NCBI GenBank assembly: GCA_964016885.1
Contig: OZ024740.1
Coordinates: forward strand, 383,532,001-383,596,000
From: Eledone cirrhosa
Lineage: Eukaryota
Length of the DNA stretch: 64,000 bases
Direction of reading: 5' to 3'
The notes under the pieces: generated by a model
The model's input: only the letters and a program-made list of their open reading frames with translations
Databases searched by the model: none
Told to the model about the DNA's origin: nothing
Shown: positions 12,800 through 27,255 of the stretch, one piece after another
Numbering within the stretch: the first letter of the stretch is position 1
Layout of the letters: every line of letters begins with the position of its first letter
Translations under genes and position numbers: made by a program

Positions 12800-15700
12800 T
12801 ATTTGTTCATTTATCATCGGATACAAGGTAGTTGAGGTATAAATATAACATGTTATGCGCTGGAAATCACTTTTTTCTATAAACTGCTGAATAATCATTT
12901 CATCTTCTGTCAAATCTCTTATATCCAACTGCAATCCAGTGACATGATACCACTATCATCTCTACATTTAAGATTTGCCGTTACATCAATACGGGACCCA
13001 GTGAGCTAAGATGAAACCCGTGAATATGAAATTACACATCTCACCTCTCTTTAAATTTGAGAAGAGATAACATTCACGAACTCCTATGTCAGTATCTCGT
13101 TTGCGTTGCATAATTTTTCTCGGAAACCCTGGCTATCAAATTTCAAACCACACCTTTGTACACAAAACAAAAAAATTATGAAAGTGCTAAATTTTCCAAC
13201 ATACATGCTAACACCAATAATAACGTCATTGCATTGACGCTTAAATTGCAAGAAGTTGCAGCTACATTTAATCCATGCTGTACGGTGGCATTTGAATTCA
13301 GACAACAGATAGCCGCAAAGAATAGCACAAACCATTGTGTGCTAGACTCCTATGAAACAGTCACGTATATAAACACAAGGACATGGGTATGTAAGGAGGG
13401 AGTGTAGTCGTTAGATTCGACTTACTGCATATTATTGTTATATATGTATCGACCTTGAATAAACAAAAAGCAAAACTCAATCGAGCAGGATTCAAAATCA
13501 GAATGAACGTGACTAAATATCCTTTCATTATCATTAACTCCTTACTAAGATTGGATTTGTGTGTCACGATTGTGGAGTATAATGTGTATTTCTCTCAGAC
13601 ATTCATTTAGCTGTAAACTAAGCGTAATTTGAAAAAATATATTATTTAGATGAATAACAATAATCTTGATTGTGAAGTCATTGTAAGTGAGATATGATAC
13701 TCATTTCAGCTAAACAGCAAAATGGTGTAGCAAAAGATAATGGTAACACATATAAAACATAAGCAATCAAAACCACGCACTGATGTACATCGCACTCACA
13801 AATAAATGTACACCATCCACACAACTATACGCACACACAAACGTATATCCTACTAACACAACCATAAGTACATCACACACCCATATACACACACGTACAT
13901 CTTCCTCCCACAAAGGCAACTACATCAGATTCGCTCACATATACACAAAATCATTTTTCATGGTAGAATCTTTAGAGCTTTGTATACAATTCTATGACTA
14001 AATTTATTACGGCCCTTTAAGTTTCTAGTTCAAATTAGAGTTTCATCCTTCCAAGGTGATGTAAATAATGTTTCGTCAGGTGATTGGTTTGATATCCTAT
14101 TCCTGTAAAATATTTTAGATTTGAATGGAAATATCATAGATGTCTATTACTAATAGAAAAATTAATAATAATAAAAATCTGCGTGTTAGCGGTCATTGAA
14201 TCAGTTAGATTTATCACATCTACAGTTTACAGCTAAGGGTACATTGGACAATGCAGTTCCTCATAGACAAATGTTTATCTCCGATCTGGAACTAACCCTC
14301 CTCATCCTCAAAAACAACATAATACATTTGAGTTGACGATAAAATCAAATGCAAATGGTTAATAACATGGTAACACGAGAAAGGGTTCCGATATTAGAAT
14401 CTAAAAAGGACGTCTGTATTTAGTCAATGGTCCTGTTAGAAATAACAGCCAAATTTCCTTTGTACAATCATTATCGTTCGACTACATTAGCAGATAACCA
14501 CATATCTTCATTCATGGCAGCTTTCATAATCCGTCGCGATCTTAGACGCCATTTGATCTCGGAAAGCAAATTGCCGAAACAGACACCGCAAAGCATCCAA
14601 TCTAGCATTGTAGAATGTTAGTTATTTTATCGATAATGAACGCTCTAACAATAGCACCAATTCCCCACCGTGGCTAATACTTTATAGGACTATAAAGGAT
14701 AAACAACAAAGTTGACATCTGTGTGATGTGAACTCAAAACGTTAACAGAGAAACAAATGCCGTCTAACCTTTTACACTTTGCTACCGATACTACAGAGTA
14801 GAGATGAGAGTTTATAATTTTCTCAACGATCACTCAAGAGATGAGCGTTATATATGTCATTATTCTTGATCATGGTCAAGGCATTTCACAATAAAAAGCG
14901 TTGTCCTTATAGTTGTAAATATGTAATAAACTCTAGAAACAACCCAATAATTTAAGCATCAGTAGAAGCAGTAGCAGCATCAGAATGCAGGGGCTCTGAT
15001 AGAAATGCTGCAAGACAGATCGCTACTGAATTAAGGTGCGAGATGGAAGCGCTAGCTGACTCAGATTTCAAGGATGTGAGTGGATGAGTGTTTTATCATA
15101 ACTAGAGGGGAAGGGAACGGATATTCACTGGCCATTCCTTGGTTCTCCGACATGAGCAGTAAAGGAAACCTCTGTATAATATATTAATTCAAATTAGCGT
15201 ATGGCAAATATATGAGACAATAGAGATGCGTCCCATTTAAGGTATAGTTTATCTTGAATATGCATTCGGAATACGGAGCCTGAACGATAAATTCACACAG
15301 TCAATACACAATAAAGAGAATTTATGAGATTGCATCTATATGAATTCCTGAATAATACCACATGTACGAACATATGCCATTCATATACTAACTGTTCGTA
15401 GAGAGCACAATTCTTTCATGTTATTGGCTGCCTCGCAAAGATAAGCATTTTCCACAGAGTGGAAAGTATATATTGTTATTTTTACTTACCTTACAAATTG
15501 AAAATACATCATAAGCAAGTATTATCTATCATATGTATTTCCTAATGCAATATACACTATCACAACCGAAACTAATCTTTTTGAAATCACAATGTGCCAT
15601 ATGATTGATGTTTAGCTGTGTTTTTAGTTTCGTTAATCATTAGAAAAAAGAAAAAAGAAAAAAGAAACCGTTCAGACGGACTGAACAACTTATCTATCGT

Positions 15701-16789
15701 AATTCCCATCGCATAACGTCAACTCAGCAGCGCCAATCGACGGAGGCTCTCACGAAATCTAGAGTGTTATATAATCTTATAACCGTGATTTGTCCCACCT
15801 TCCACAGCGGTCGCAGCTGCTGTTTAGCAGTTATTTTCACCGTAGACACATTTTAGTATCAGCTACAAATCACAGAACAACGAAATTTCGGCTAGTGCCG
15901 TAGAGTTGGTCATGTACTCTTCCACTATCTTTATTTCTCTCTCTATATCTTTATGCTTCCTATATCTAAGTATCTCCCCCTTTCTCTATATCTAATTTTC
16001 TAACTATTTTATCACCCTCTATTTATGTGTCTATAAAGCTCTTTATATCTCTGACTATCCATCTATTTATTTATCTATCTCTAACTCTCGTAAACTCAAG
16101 CGTTGGATTACAAAGATATAAATTTCAATGTGTGTCTTTATACTTTTAAATTTACTACAGGTTTCGTCGTTCATTCCTCAAACTGCTTGATTGGTACTGA
16201 GACTTAATAGTAACTGGTTATCCCCCTTACAATGTCCCGGGGAAATAACTCTGTCAAATATACTGAAATAGTGGAAAATGAATTGAAAAAAAAAAAAAAA
16301 ATGCGGATGTGTTTTAAAAAACATATTTGATAGACCCAGATTGATGGCCTAGTGGGAGTTAAAATCAACATCGAAACCACAGAACCTAGGTACTGAACCC
16401 AGGGGTCTCACAGTGGAACTCAATCTGCAAGAAATAGCAGCTTTATCACCATGGAAGAACACACTTGCCAACCTGAAAAACAAAGGAGTGAGAATAAATA
16501 TATGAATTTCTTTGGTTTTGGCTAATATTATCGGTGTGTGGTTGCATGTTTGTATGTGTGTGTTTCTTTCTGTGTGTGTTGGTGTGTGTGTGGGGGGGGG
16601 GTCAATTTATTGGAAATTGACTATTTTAGAACTAGTTCCCTTCATTAAGAATGCATCTGAGCTGAAATCTTAATTAAGGAAAAGGAACTAATTTTGTAAA
16701 AATATCCTTTTAATAAATTACAATATCGCTGATTCTTTCAGTTCCTAACGAAATACTTTATAACACACAAACAAACGAGGCTGCTGAAA

Positions 16790-17000
16790 AAAATTGGTAG
16801 AGCTTTGAACAAAATACCATTGTGATTTTTTTAATGGATTTTTTTCAACCTGCGTTCAAATCCCGCTGAGATCAAATTTGGGTTTAACCTTCCAAGAATT
16901 GATAAAATAAAGTACCATTCACCTATTGAGTTTGATTTAATCAAATTTGCTGTTCTTCGAAATTTACTGGCCTTATGCAGAAATTAGAAATCAATAATTG
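16790..17000 (+). mobile_element. Old copy of octopus-type tRNA-derived SINE
   Basis: GTTCAAATCCCGCTGAG...GATAAAATAAAGTACC...CTGGCCTTATGC...AGAAATCAATAATT, diverged from the 23348 copy. Confidence 0.7.
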
Positions 17001-17169
17001 CATACACAAATAAACAAACACTTGTGTCAAGATTAACAAACACTTGAAAATTTGCTTGTAAGTAAAATGTTTAAAGTGACGATGGTTACGACAAAAATAT
17101 CTCGTACTCAACAGCTCTTTTCCAGAAAAATTGGTGAATCCATCCATAGACTTCAGTGGTAAATTCATA

Positions 17170-18050
17170 TTCTCACATTAGAAATGCTGGAGTACGAAAA
17201 AAAAACTGGCTACTTGAATGTCAGGACATGGCAGATACAACATCTGAAAAGACAAGACCTCAATGGAAATTCCCGCACCGGATTTCCTCTGTGAAACACT
17301 ACTATAAGTGTGGCTCGTACAAGTAGCTGCAGATTGTATTTCATGCATATTTTGGAACGGACATATGGAACAATGTAAAACCTCAATACAAATGTTTGAG
17401 GAACTCCCTTCCCATTCTGGATGAGCCGGAAAGCGTACACAGGAAGATATTGACATGGTTCGAGCCTCTGTTGAAGAGAGCTTAAAATGATCGCTGTGCA
17501 AGAGTAGCCAATCATTATGTCCCTCCACAGAAATTTGCAGAAGAATTGTCAAAGAAATACCCCTAGAAAATACTGGCGAAACAAAAGATTACTGTAGCTG
17601 ATCAGATCAAAATAAAAGCTATAGCTGAGAAAATGCTGGAGTTGATGGAAAACAAACCAACTTGTCTGAATCTGCTGTGAATCTTCTGATGAACCCAACT
17701 TTCACTCAGAGGAGAACATCAAATCTAAAGACAATGGGTTTGGGCTTGTCCCATTCTACTTCGAAGTAAATGTTGTCGTTGCTACAGTCATAAAGGAACG
17801 CTATGTGGAGGTCCTTGAATACTTGTAAAAGGAGCTACAGACCATGTACCCAGCAAGTAGTTCTAGTCCCAGCATATCCTCACACTTCCAGTGAATTGAG
17901 AGAACCACTGAAAATTTACTTTGGAAATCGTGTGATCAGTTTGAAGAATTATTCCGAGCTTAAAGTGGGTTGGTAAATTAAGAGAAATCCTATTCCTTTT
18001 TTTTTGGTGTGTGTGTGTGTGGGGGGGGGGGGGGGGCTCGTCTAGGTTGC
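17170..18050 (+). mobile_element. Degenerate Tc1/mariner-superfamily transposase relic
   Basis: VKHYYKCGSYK-like N-terminus, SDEPNFH (SDEAHFH-like) and LKIYFGNRVISLKN motifs with stops and frameshifts; ends uncertain. Confidence 0.6.
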
Positions 18051-18999
18051 TATTGCATTAATAATATTTGACAAGCAGAAATAAAAAGATTATTGATACA
18101 ATAGGTGACAAACATCAGTTCTATTTATTACAACCAGAGGGCACATCAAATTCAAGATTAAGCGTCTTTAAATATGTTTATATTCATTTGTTGAAAGGTT
18201 TACTAATTGATTCGCCATTTATGTATATTGCTATGTATTACATATATTGCTAAAACATAAGGCTATATCTCATTCAGCCTAAATGCTGTTTAAAATTTAA
18301 CCCACTGGTATAATACAGTTCACTTTTAGATGAGTATCGTTAACTTTCTTCATGGATAACTCATAATTCTAAGGAAGTCACAAATACGTTTTCCGTATAG
18401 CCAGTTTTATCGAAGATGTCTTATCACATATCACACGAATTTATCAGTGGTTTCTCATCATTGAAAATTCAACGAAAGTTATATTAGGAAAATTATCTGG
18501 TTTTCTCAGACACGAAAAGCTTCGACCGATTCTGGACTCACCATATAGTTTATCACCATATAGTTGTGATAGTGAAATGTTCAACTGAAGATTGAATGCT
18601 AGAAATAACGTATTAAGCCGAGATATTTAATTGGTCGTGATAGGAAAAAAGAACCATTACTCTAAACGTTAATTTCGAACACGAATGACAAGGACAAAAC
18701 TGACTTCAGGTCAGTTTAAATTTATTGAAAACAGGATGTGAATAATGCAATGAGGAGTGAATCTACCTGTGCAGTATTTTGGCAATTTCAAAATGTTTCG
18801 AACCTATCAAACCTCATCAGTGAAGCATAGTGTTTACCAGTACTGCCCAACAATAGCACCTTTATAAGTATACAGCTTTTTAGGAGATTGCCTAAGGACA
18901 TGCCCTATAGGAAAATGAATTCGAAAATTGCTGCTAACATAATGTATTTATAGTTAACTAAGAAATTATAATTATTTTGTGAGGTAGTACAGGTAGTTA

Positions 19000-19172
19000 T
19001 AATTGTTTCTACTTTTGGCACAAGGCCAGCAATTTCCAGTGCAATACTGGTACTTTATTTTATCGACCCCGTAAGGATGAAAGGCAAAGTTAACCCCGGC
19101 GGGATTTGAACTCAGAATGGCAAGGGCCGTAACTCTATGCGTCAAAGCATGGCGTCCGACCCTCTACCGACC
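19000..19172 (-). mobile_element. Octopus-type tRNA-derived SINE
   Basis: Reverse complement of the 23348-23522 unit (B-box-like GAGTTCAAATCCC; GGGGTCGATAAAATAAAGTACCAG). Confidence 0.85.
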
Positions 19173-19959
19173 GAAACATGACCTAATTTACCACTGAATT
19201 ACCCTTTCTACTGAATTAATCGTATTCTATGTATAATTAATTTTTTAATTCAAAATTTCATAGTTGTCTCCCTTGCCTTTTTAACGAACATTGATTCTGC
19301 TAACAGGTGATTCTGCTAACGGTGATGTCAGATATTGGCGGATTATCTATAACAAAAGAAAAGGACTGCATGGTTTGCATCAATATCGACAACATAACGC
19401 TGGCATTTTTTATTTATTTACTTATCTTAAAATATTCATTCATGCATTAAATAACCCTTTAATTTGCTATTTATTTCTTTTGAGTTCATCCATCTATATT
19501 TTGCCCAAATAAAATTTGTTTATGAATCTTTTGCTTTGAAGGGACATAACTCAATTGTAATTGAAGATCGGTACATTCCCTTGAATATAAAATTACTATC
19601 TTAGATGTAACGAAACAGAAAGCTTTGAAATCTGTGTGTAAATATTTATATATATTTCTGAATAGCAGAATTTATATTTGATATAGCCCAAAACTACATA
19701 AAGCTATGAAACCCCTTTTATGAAAAGATTAAATCAGAAAGTTTCACATTCATGAAAACATCTATGGCTTTTTATTATTATGGAAGTTCTGAGACCCTAA
19801 AATGAAGCCTACATCCAACACTAACAGAAACGCAATTTTTATATTTTTAAGTAAATTGATCTTCACCGTTTTCGTCGATGAAAATTCAGTTGGTTGATGA
19901 AATGAATGATCTGCTCATTGGAATATTGCGTTAGTAATGGCGTAAGCTATAGTTAAGTG

Positions 19960-20160
19960 AAGTTTTAACGTAATCCGCAAGACATTGTACAACAAAGCTG
20001 GACCTTGGAATTACAAGTATAATCTATCCAATGAGCTTCTGCACAATTTCTGTCAACGTGGCTCAAGAGTATGGCAAAGCTCAGTGTACCACGTTGAACC
20101 ATCGAACGCGAGATCTTGTGATTAGGAAGGGAACTACTTAAACATTTAGCCAAGCTTTCC
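19960..20160 (-). mobile_element. Degenerate second SINE type
   Basis: Minus strand ...CTTCCTAATCACAAGATCTCGCGTTCGATGGTTCAACGTGGTACACTGAGC resembles a common octopus SINE head; highly diverged. Confidence 0.4.
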
Positions 20161-20228
20161 CGTAAAGAAATACCCATAAAGAAATACACGCGCGTGCAGG
20201 CGAACACACACACACACAAATTCACAGA

Positions 20229-20272
<44 letters not shown>

Positions 20273-20551
20273 CACACACACACACACATTTCCTTTGTTT
20301 TATCTTCGGGCAAATGAAAGACTGTTTACAGTTAGAATAATATGTTCTTTACCTCCTAATCTGTTGGTGGATTTTCATCAATTCTCTTAAAATTAAATCA
20401 TTCTGTTGGATTCACGTGCAACTCAATACTATTGACAAGAGATTCAAATTACAGGGAAATAAAATTGATCAAGCGTGACTCGAACTTACATCGGAAATTG
20501 GAATCATTCGTGCTCGCATTTGATTTTATAACTGGCAGCAAGACAGACACA

Positions 20552-20600
<49 letters not shown>

Positions 20601-20601
20601 T

Positions 20602-20634
<33 letters not shown>

Positions 20635-22529
20635 AATCACACACACACACTCTCACACACAAACACAACCACACATACAAACATACTAACAGACTCACAT
20701 ACACAGACATGAATTCTCCCGTACACCTCCTTCTCTCACACATTCTAAAGTGATCCAACGAGAAATTTGTAAACGTTTGTTTGATATGCTAAAAGTAGAG
20801 GCCAAATCGCTATCAACTTCTACTCAATTTATTTTTAAAAGGAAGGACGGATTGGACAATGTAGTACCATAAACAGTATCTGTGGGGATAAGAGTGGCAT
20901 ATACAACTCTTTTGATTATAGGTCTGTTCGATCACAACTGAGATACACATACAATCTTAAGCGCTGACTAATACATATATAGTCACCATTGTACATACAA
21001 TCAAGTGCGCAACGATACGGAATTTGTGCGAAAGATGCAAACCATGTTAATAACAGCTGCAGTATAAATTACTTACTTATGAGCGTTGCTGATGCATTAT
21101 GTGTGATACATTTTCAAGCAGAGCTGTTTCCTATAAATTACCTGTACCTGTATGTTATTTTATACCGTTTTGATTATCTATGTTGATCGTATAAACAATG
21201 CTCTGCTTTCTATCAAAGAAATACAGCTCCGTTACTTATCTTTAGATATATACAGTGATAAATTACTAAGTTTTAGAGACACATAGCGTATGTTTATTGG
21301 TTCGCTTAGATATTGCATCTGAAAAGTACTGAAAAATCACTAGCTTTTCTCGGTTATTACTTATATATTTAGCAATATATGAAATGTACATTTATTTATT
21401 GAATTAATCAATTTAAGCGTCTATATAGGGATAGTAAGCCACGACAAAATAAGAGAAACATCTAATTCCCCTTGCAATTAAGAAATAAAAACGAGAGACA
21501 GAGACAAAACATACAAAAAAAAGAGAAAAATACTCGGAGACAAAAGAAATATGAAAAAGAAAAAGATGAAAACGAAAGACAACTATAAAGCAGTCAAAAG
21601 GTTTTGTTTTTGAATCTTTCAGTAGCTTTCATGTTCAAAAAAGTTTGTTTATAGTTGGTAGATCTTTGATATTATTTTATGCGTTCAGGTGGTTTTCATC
21701 GAAATTGATTTACGTTTTTATCCGAAATCAATCACTAAATCGCAGCAAATTATTTTCTTCTGTGTCAAGGTAGTGCCGCAAATTCGTAACTATGTGAATA
21801 ATTTAGTGACGCATAATGTGGTCTATATTTGGATATACTTGTACTCGTGTTAGGGGTCTGCCTCTAATGTGTTTCTGTTGAATTACGTCTCTATGTGTTT
21901 GCCATATGTGCATGGGCATCAGTTCATTAAGGGAAATGAAAAGTATTTAGTATATTACACCAATCTAATCTCTAACACTACCCGAATGGAATTGTGAAGT
22001 GCGAATAGTTTATATAGTTCTTTCTTGGAAAATGTTAACATTTCAAATTTGTATGCATATCTGTATTTACATAGCACACTGTGCCTATAAGAATAAGTTC
22101 AAATTATAATCTATTAGTTTGCCTTAGATGTACTTTGCCAGCTAGCCTCTACAACAGTGTATGGTTCTTTTATTGAAGATATCCTTTTCTCTCTTATTAA
22201 ATGGATTTTTAGTAGCTAGGAAATGTCCCTTGCACATGTCCAAGAAACGTTACCAGCCCCATGCATACATTTCTGCCTCCAAGGATAACTTTCTGCTAAC
22301 ATGAGGAGTGTTTATTTTCAGAGTAACTTTAGAGTGTTTACCTATCAATACTGTTCCATCTACTCTCAGGGTGTTATATAACTTATATTCACTGTTGAGT
22401 AAACCTGCGTCGTATTTATAGTATCCAATAGTGAGAGACGGAATCAAATACCTTTTTATATTCTAACTATAGAGTCACTCGGTGATGTATGTATGTATGT
22501 GTGCATGTATGTATGTATGTTATGTCTAT

Positions 22530-23143
22530 GTCGGGTCATCTCTTTAGTGCTACTGGTAACATGTAACCCAGTACAACCTGTCGCATGGTCGGGGCTCCGG
22601 CGACTAAACCGGCAACCCACCAAGTTTACTTGGTGAGGAGGGTGATTTTTGGACAACCTGCAGGACAAAAAACAAAACCTGACAAAGGGCGGGAGAACTC
22701 ATAATAGTCAACGGCAATCCAAAAATGTGTCAATTTGTATATACATGTATGAGTATAGAAGTATGTACATGTATGCATGTGTATGTATATGGGCGGGGAC
22801 ATAGAAATAATCGGGCTGGATACCCGATCGCACGGTTAAACCACTGGGAGTGAATGACCCCCAGCCTTTGTCAGGGCATTCTACGAGGAGAAGGTAACTC
22901 AGGAAACTGGAATAACTCCAACATAAAAGCTGCTACTCAGTAGTTACCGATGATGTTGATCTTTTCTTCTTTTCGGGTTATAGCTACTGTCGCTCAGAGA
23001 GTGGGATTGGCTCAGTGCACAGTCTTTCCTCACTTTAAAAACAATCTTCACGCACAGGCATTGCACAATAGCATTAATTGATCATTATTAATTATGTTAT
23101 ATCATGTAATGGCTATACTCGATAACGCGGGGACAGCCATCAT
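22530..23143 (+). mobile_element. Bipartite non-autonomous RTE-derived element (longest form)
   Basis: Collinear with 27256-27880 and 6819-7224; starts after (TATG)n and ends GGCTATACTCG...CAGCCATCATG. Confidence 0.72.
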
Positions 23144-23347
23144 GTATTTATATCTGGTCGGGTCGTCGGCGTCTAAACCGGCTACCCAACCGAGCTTGAT
23201 TGGTGAGGAGCGTAATTTTGAACACTGCGGGATGGAAAAGAAGACGCACAACCCATATATAGTGTAAACCAACAACAGACATGCACCAGCCACTGGTATG
23301 TGGAAGACAAACCTTATTAATATGCCGCCATTATATAACGTAGTTTC

Positions 23348-23522
23348 GGCAGTATCGGTGGAGGGTCGGACGCCATGCTTTGCAGCAAAAAGTTACGGCC
23401 CTTTCTGGCCTGAGTTCAAATCCCGCCGAGGTTAACTTTGCCTTTCATCCTTATGTGGTCAATAAAATAAAGTACCAGTAATGTACTGGATAATTGCTGG
23501 CCTTGTGCCAAAAGTAAAAACA
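23348..23522 (+). mobile_element. Octopus-type tRNA-derived SINE with 18-bp target-site duplication
   Basis: TSD ATTATATAACGTAGTTTC at 23330-23347 and 23523-23540; B-box-like GAGTTCAAATCCC. Confidence 0.92.
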
Positions 23523-24602
23523 ATTATATAACGTAGTTTCATTCTTTTTTTTTATTTTTTAGGAGAATAGGTTTATTTACAATAGTTTATAACTTTGCCT
23601 ATTAGTCCGAATGGTGAGCAAATGGGGTCCCATATAATACAAACTTATACTATGTATGTATGTATATGTGTGTGTTAGTTATGAATTCCTACATCTAAAA
23701 GAACATTAGAAACGTAAGTCAGAATATCACATTGATGCGATAGTGGACGGGTTAATGTGAGTCTACGATTTTTGTTGTTATTAGCATCATCTTCTGCTTT
23801 ATAGAAAACACCCATTTAAAACCATATTTTTGTTCTGTGAGACTTTCTTCCCCTGGAGTCTGTTAAGATACACGAAATACGTATTTCTTGAACAGTATAT
23901 TCCCGTCGTATATGATACTTTCATCTTAAATATTGAATGTTTAGTTGAATGCATTGATTTTGTTTCTGTTGCTAAGTAGATACTATCTAACTAACAATCC
24001 TACACTAATCAATCTGGACTTAACTTAAACATCTGCCTGTTCTACCGTGATTTGAGATTGTCGATATCGCTGTTTCAATAGAAGATTCCATTTGATTTAA
24101 GAACCTTGCGGATTTTTCTCTTTCCTTTATAGACCAGTCAAGTATCAAAATTGTTATCTGTGATGTTACTGCAAATGGATTATGGGGATATTGTCAATTT
24201 GTAAAAGAAATGTTCTGACTGCAATATTCTTTTTAGTCTGCTATTATTTGGACACTATCTTTGTTCACAGTCCCGTTGTATAATATAATTTTGTCGATAG
24301 CTATATTTCTCTAGCGCACATTGTATGGAGACGAAAGAATAGTTTGAGGAAGATCTGAAGCATTCAATTATCAAATTTGAACATTACGTTTGGTCAAACC
24401 ACATTCCTATATCAGCTGAAAATATGGGAATTTCAACTTTTCAGCATTATGTATATTTTCAATATAGATTTTTGAATCACAAAGAAGTAATGAGTTACTC
24501 TAGTATGTTTGCTGTTATGGTGGCTACATATAACCACAGAACCTTTGGGAAAACTTACTGTGTGCTTACATCTGAAATATATAAAATATCTACTTGTAGA
24601 TT

Positions 24603-24785
24603 GGCTGTATCGGTAGAGTGTCGGACACCATGCTATGCAACATAGAGTTATGGCCCTTTACGTCCTGAGTTCAAATGCTGCCGAGATTAACTTTGCCATT
24701 TATCCTTACGGGGTCGAAAAAATAAAGCACCGATAATGCACTGGGGTAATTGCTGACCTTGTACCAAACGTAGAAACAATTATTC
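24603..24785 (+). mobile_element. Octopus-type tRNA-derived SINE
   Basis: Collinear with 23348-23522. Confidence 0.85.
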
Positions 24786-24894
24786 GTGAACAATTATAAC
24801 AGCGGTTATAATTTGACTAGCTCTCTGTCAGCCTTTCACTGGCAACAATTGGAACAAGCACTACTTTTACTCAGTCTCTAAGTGAGTAATAGGA

Positions 24895-25160
24895 TTAGAC
24901 ACCTGTATTTGATAAACTCTCCAAATACCGGTCGCTCTCCGACAGTTTTGCGGTCGTACCCTTGGCAGTGGTGTCTTCTGCTGTCCTCGGCCCTAAGGCT
25001 ACCTCCCTACTCACCACCATATGTGCTGAGCTGGCTAGCCGCAGGTGTGAACCTCGCGAGTTGGAATGGCTCTTCCAACGCGTCTCTCTTGCCGTCCTCC
25101 GGGGAAACGCTTTCACCATTCTGTCCGGCGGGGCTGTGGGGAGGCCACCAATATGATGGC
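24895..25160 (+). mobile_element. CRE-clade retrotransposon 3' fragment
   Basis: SSAVLGPKATSLL...ELASRRCEPRELEWLFQRVSLAVLRGNAFTIL, homologous to 11180-11350. Confidence 0.8.
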
Positions 25161-25399
25161 TGACTTGTCATTTTATCAGACAACCTGCTATTTGTTGCAT
25201 CTCTGCTTCAGAACTATCATGTTTTTATTGAGGATGGCCCATCTGTAGTGGCTCAGGATCTTAGTTAGGTTTTTGTTTTCTTTCTATCTACAGAGCTGTT
25301 GTCTATGTATCAAAAGTCTTTCAGCATTTTTATAGATCGTCGGCAAAATGTAGGTAGCATAGACCTATTGATTCTGTGAAGTCAGTGTTTTCATTTTTG

Positions 25400-26400
25400 A
25401 CTACATTATTCCTCCGTGCAGTAGCAAGCCAATTTGATATGTTAAGCTGTCATTTAAATATGGATATTAGCAACTCTCTGTAGAACATCAACATCATACG
25501 CCAGTATCTAACTACTTCAGTTTCCTAAATTCCTGTCGACTTCCTGTTAGGCAGCATTATCACATCTTTACTGAAAGTTTCAGAGTTGATTGTGTATGTT
25601 TTGCTGTCACTGATGATATAAGCATTCTTAGTTGTATTAAATCACGATGCATTCTGATTGAAATTCTTCTTTTCATTAGAGATCTGAGACGAAATGTATT
25701 TAAGGGAATTTCTTTACGGAGATATATATTCTTCATCCTCCGGCACAGGTTTTCATGTTTTATTCTAGATTTGGTATCCACCTGCGTTGATTATTTTCAG
25801 TTATTTCATTACCACCTGCAATGCTGGTAACGCTTAGGTGTTCATTCATAGTAATGGAAGCTGTAAAGAAGCAGGTATTGATCGATCAATACGTGTTATC
25901 ACACATTTTCATATAATCTCCAGCGATATTGTCAATAGTATTTAACATAAGAGGGTTGTTTTTTGTCGTATTTCTTTTTCCATTTCTCTCGTCAGAAATA
26001 GTTTATCTAATGATAGCCTAGAGAAATTGTAAACATTTTTCTTGCGGTTTTAAATTGTTTTAAGCTGAATATATTCTATAGACATTTCTGCTGGATCAAT
26101 TTCATGATGTGATATATGAGAGTCATTGTTTCAGTGTTGATGATGATGATGATTTTTGTTTATAGTTTTTTATCACTCTGCTCTATAGCAGCATTTAGAT
26201 GGATTGGTGTTTCGTCGTAAAATCGAAAGACATTACCGAATTTGAAATAACATTTGCGTTGAGTGACAGCTATTTTTCCAGCAACAAAGCTTGCTTGTTA
26301 TCGATATTTAGCGGAGAAATGCTTACGTTAGGGTAGATTCACCACAGCAATTCTTTAGTAGCTCCATACAGCATGGTGTAAATCGTTATTTGAATGTAAA
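25400..26400 (-). mobile_element. Highly degenerate LINE (RTE-like) RT relic
   Basis: Minus-strand remnants ILAYD-VDV (LAYADD-like) near 25500 and AGGNEITE (AAGxDxI-like) near 25810; no long ORF. Confidence 0.35.
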
Positions 26401-26674
26401 AACAAAGAGAAGATACTAACATTCCTACGTCATCAAAGATAGCTCACAGATACAGAACTAGCATTGGTGCCGGTGTTCTTTTTATCAGTAGTATACATAA
26501 TTAATGACGCGAAGTCATGCGTGGTTGAAAGTATTTCCTATGCAATATAGATCCACATGAAACATGGCTGATGAGTATTATCGGGTAATATGTCAATTAC
26601 ATCGGTATCATTGTAGAGAGCACACCTAAACACAACATTTGCTAGTCAGGTAACACCTTCATGTATGTATGTAT

Positions 26675-27205
26675 GTTTTCTCTTTCTCTTAATTTCGAGT
26701 ATATTTTTTTGACCGGCCACCTTCCTGGTGGCAAGGTTGTAAAAGAAAAGAAATTGTCATCCCTTGAATCGCAAGAATGTTTTGCATATTTTGAAGGTGC
26801 CAGCTATCGCAGCCATTTGTAGACTATGAATTAGGGAGCTGCGCTTTTTGTCCGCAAATCCAAGTTCGGTCATACTTTGGTTCAAGCGGGTTGGTATATA
26901 ACCCGTAGCACCAATAATGATGGGTATGAAGCTAAAGGTGTATCTTGAATGCTGGATTTGTAAGCTCCTCATCAATGGTCCGTAGATGTCCTCCTTCTCC
27001 TGTATTTTTCTGACAACGTTTACATCAAGTGGGCAGCTGATCTCCACAACAGAACACGTTTTCAATGTGTGGTCCCAAACTACAATATCAGGCCGGTTGT
27101 GCTTTAATTTGGTGGCAGTTTTTATTTTCAGGTTCCACCAGTATTCCTTAGTGCCATCTGTCTCAATATATTCTTCCTCGTTTGTTGTTAATTTTGTTTT
27201 CCGAA
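26675..27205 (-). mobile_element. R4/Dong family B copy 2, 3' fragment (RLE)
   Basis: HNRPDIVVWDHTLKTCSVVEISCPLDVN...ICKTFLRFKG*; nearly identical to 7281-7812; (TATG)n on both sides. Confidence 0.9.
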
Positions 27206-27255
27206 GTATGTATGTATGTATGTATGTATGTATGTATGTATGTATGTATGTATGT

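Noticed and set aside
18787-18824. Minus-strand CTGATGA...GAAAC hammerhead-like motif with TTCA/TGAA stem I
   Set aside because: Stem II barely pairs and stem III is broken; at best a decayed relic.
22000-22450. Possible gag-like ORF1 relic on the minus strand
   Set aside because: The CCHC motif is not recoverable with confidence.
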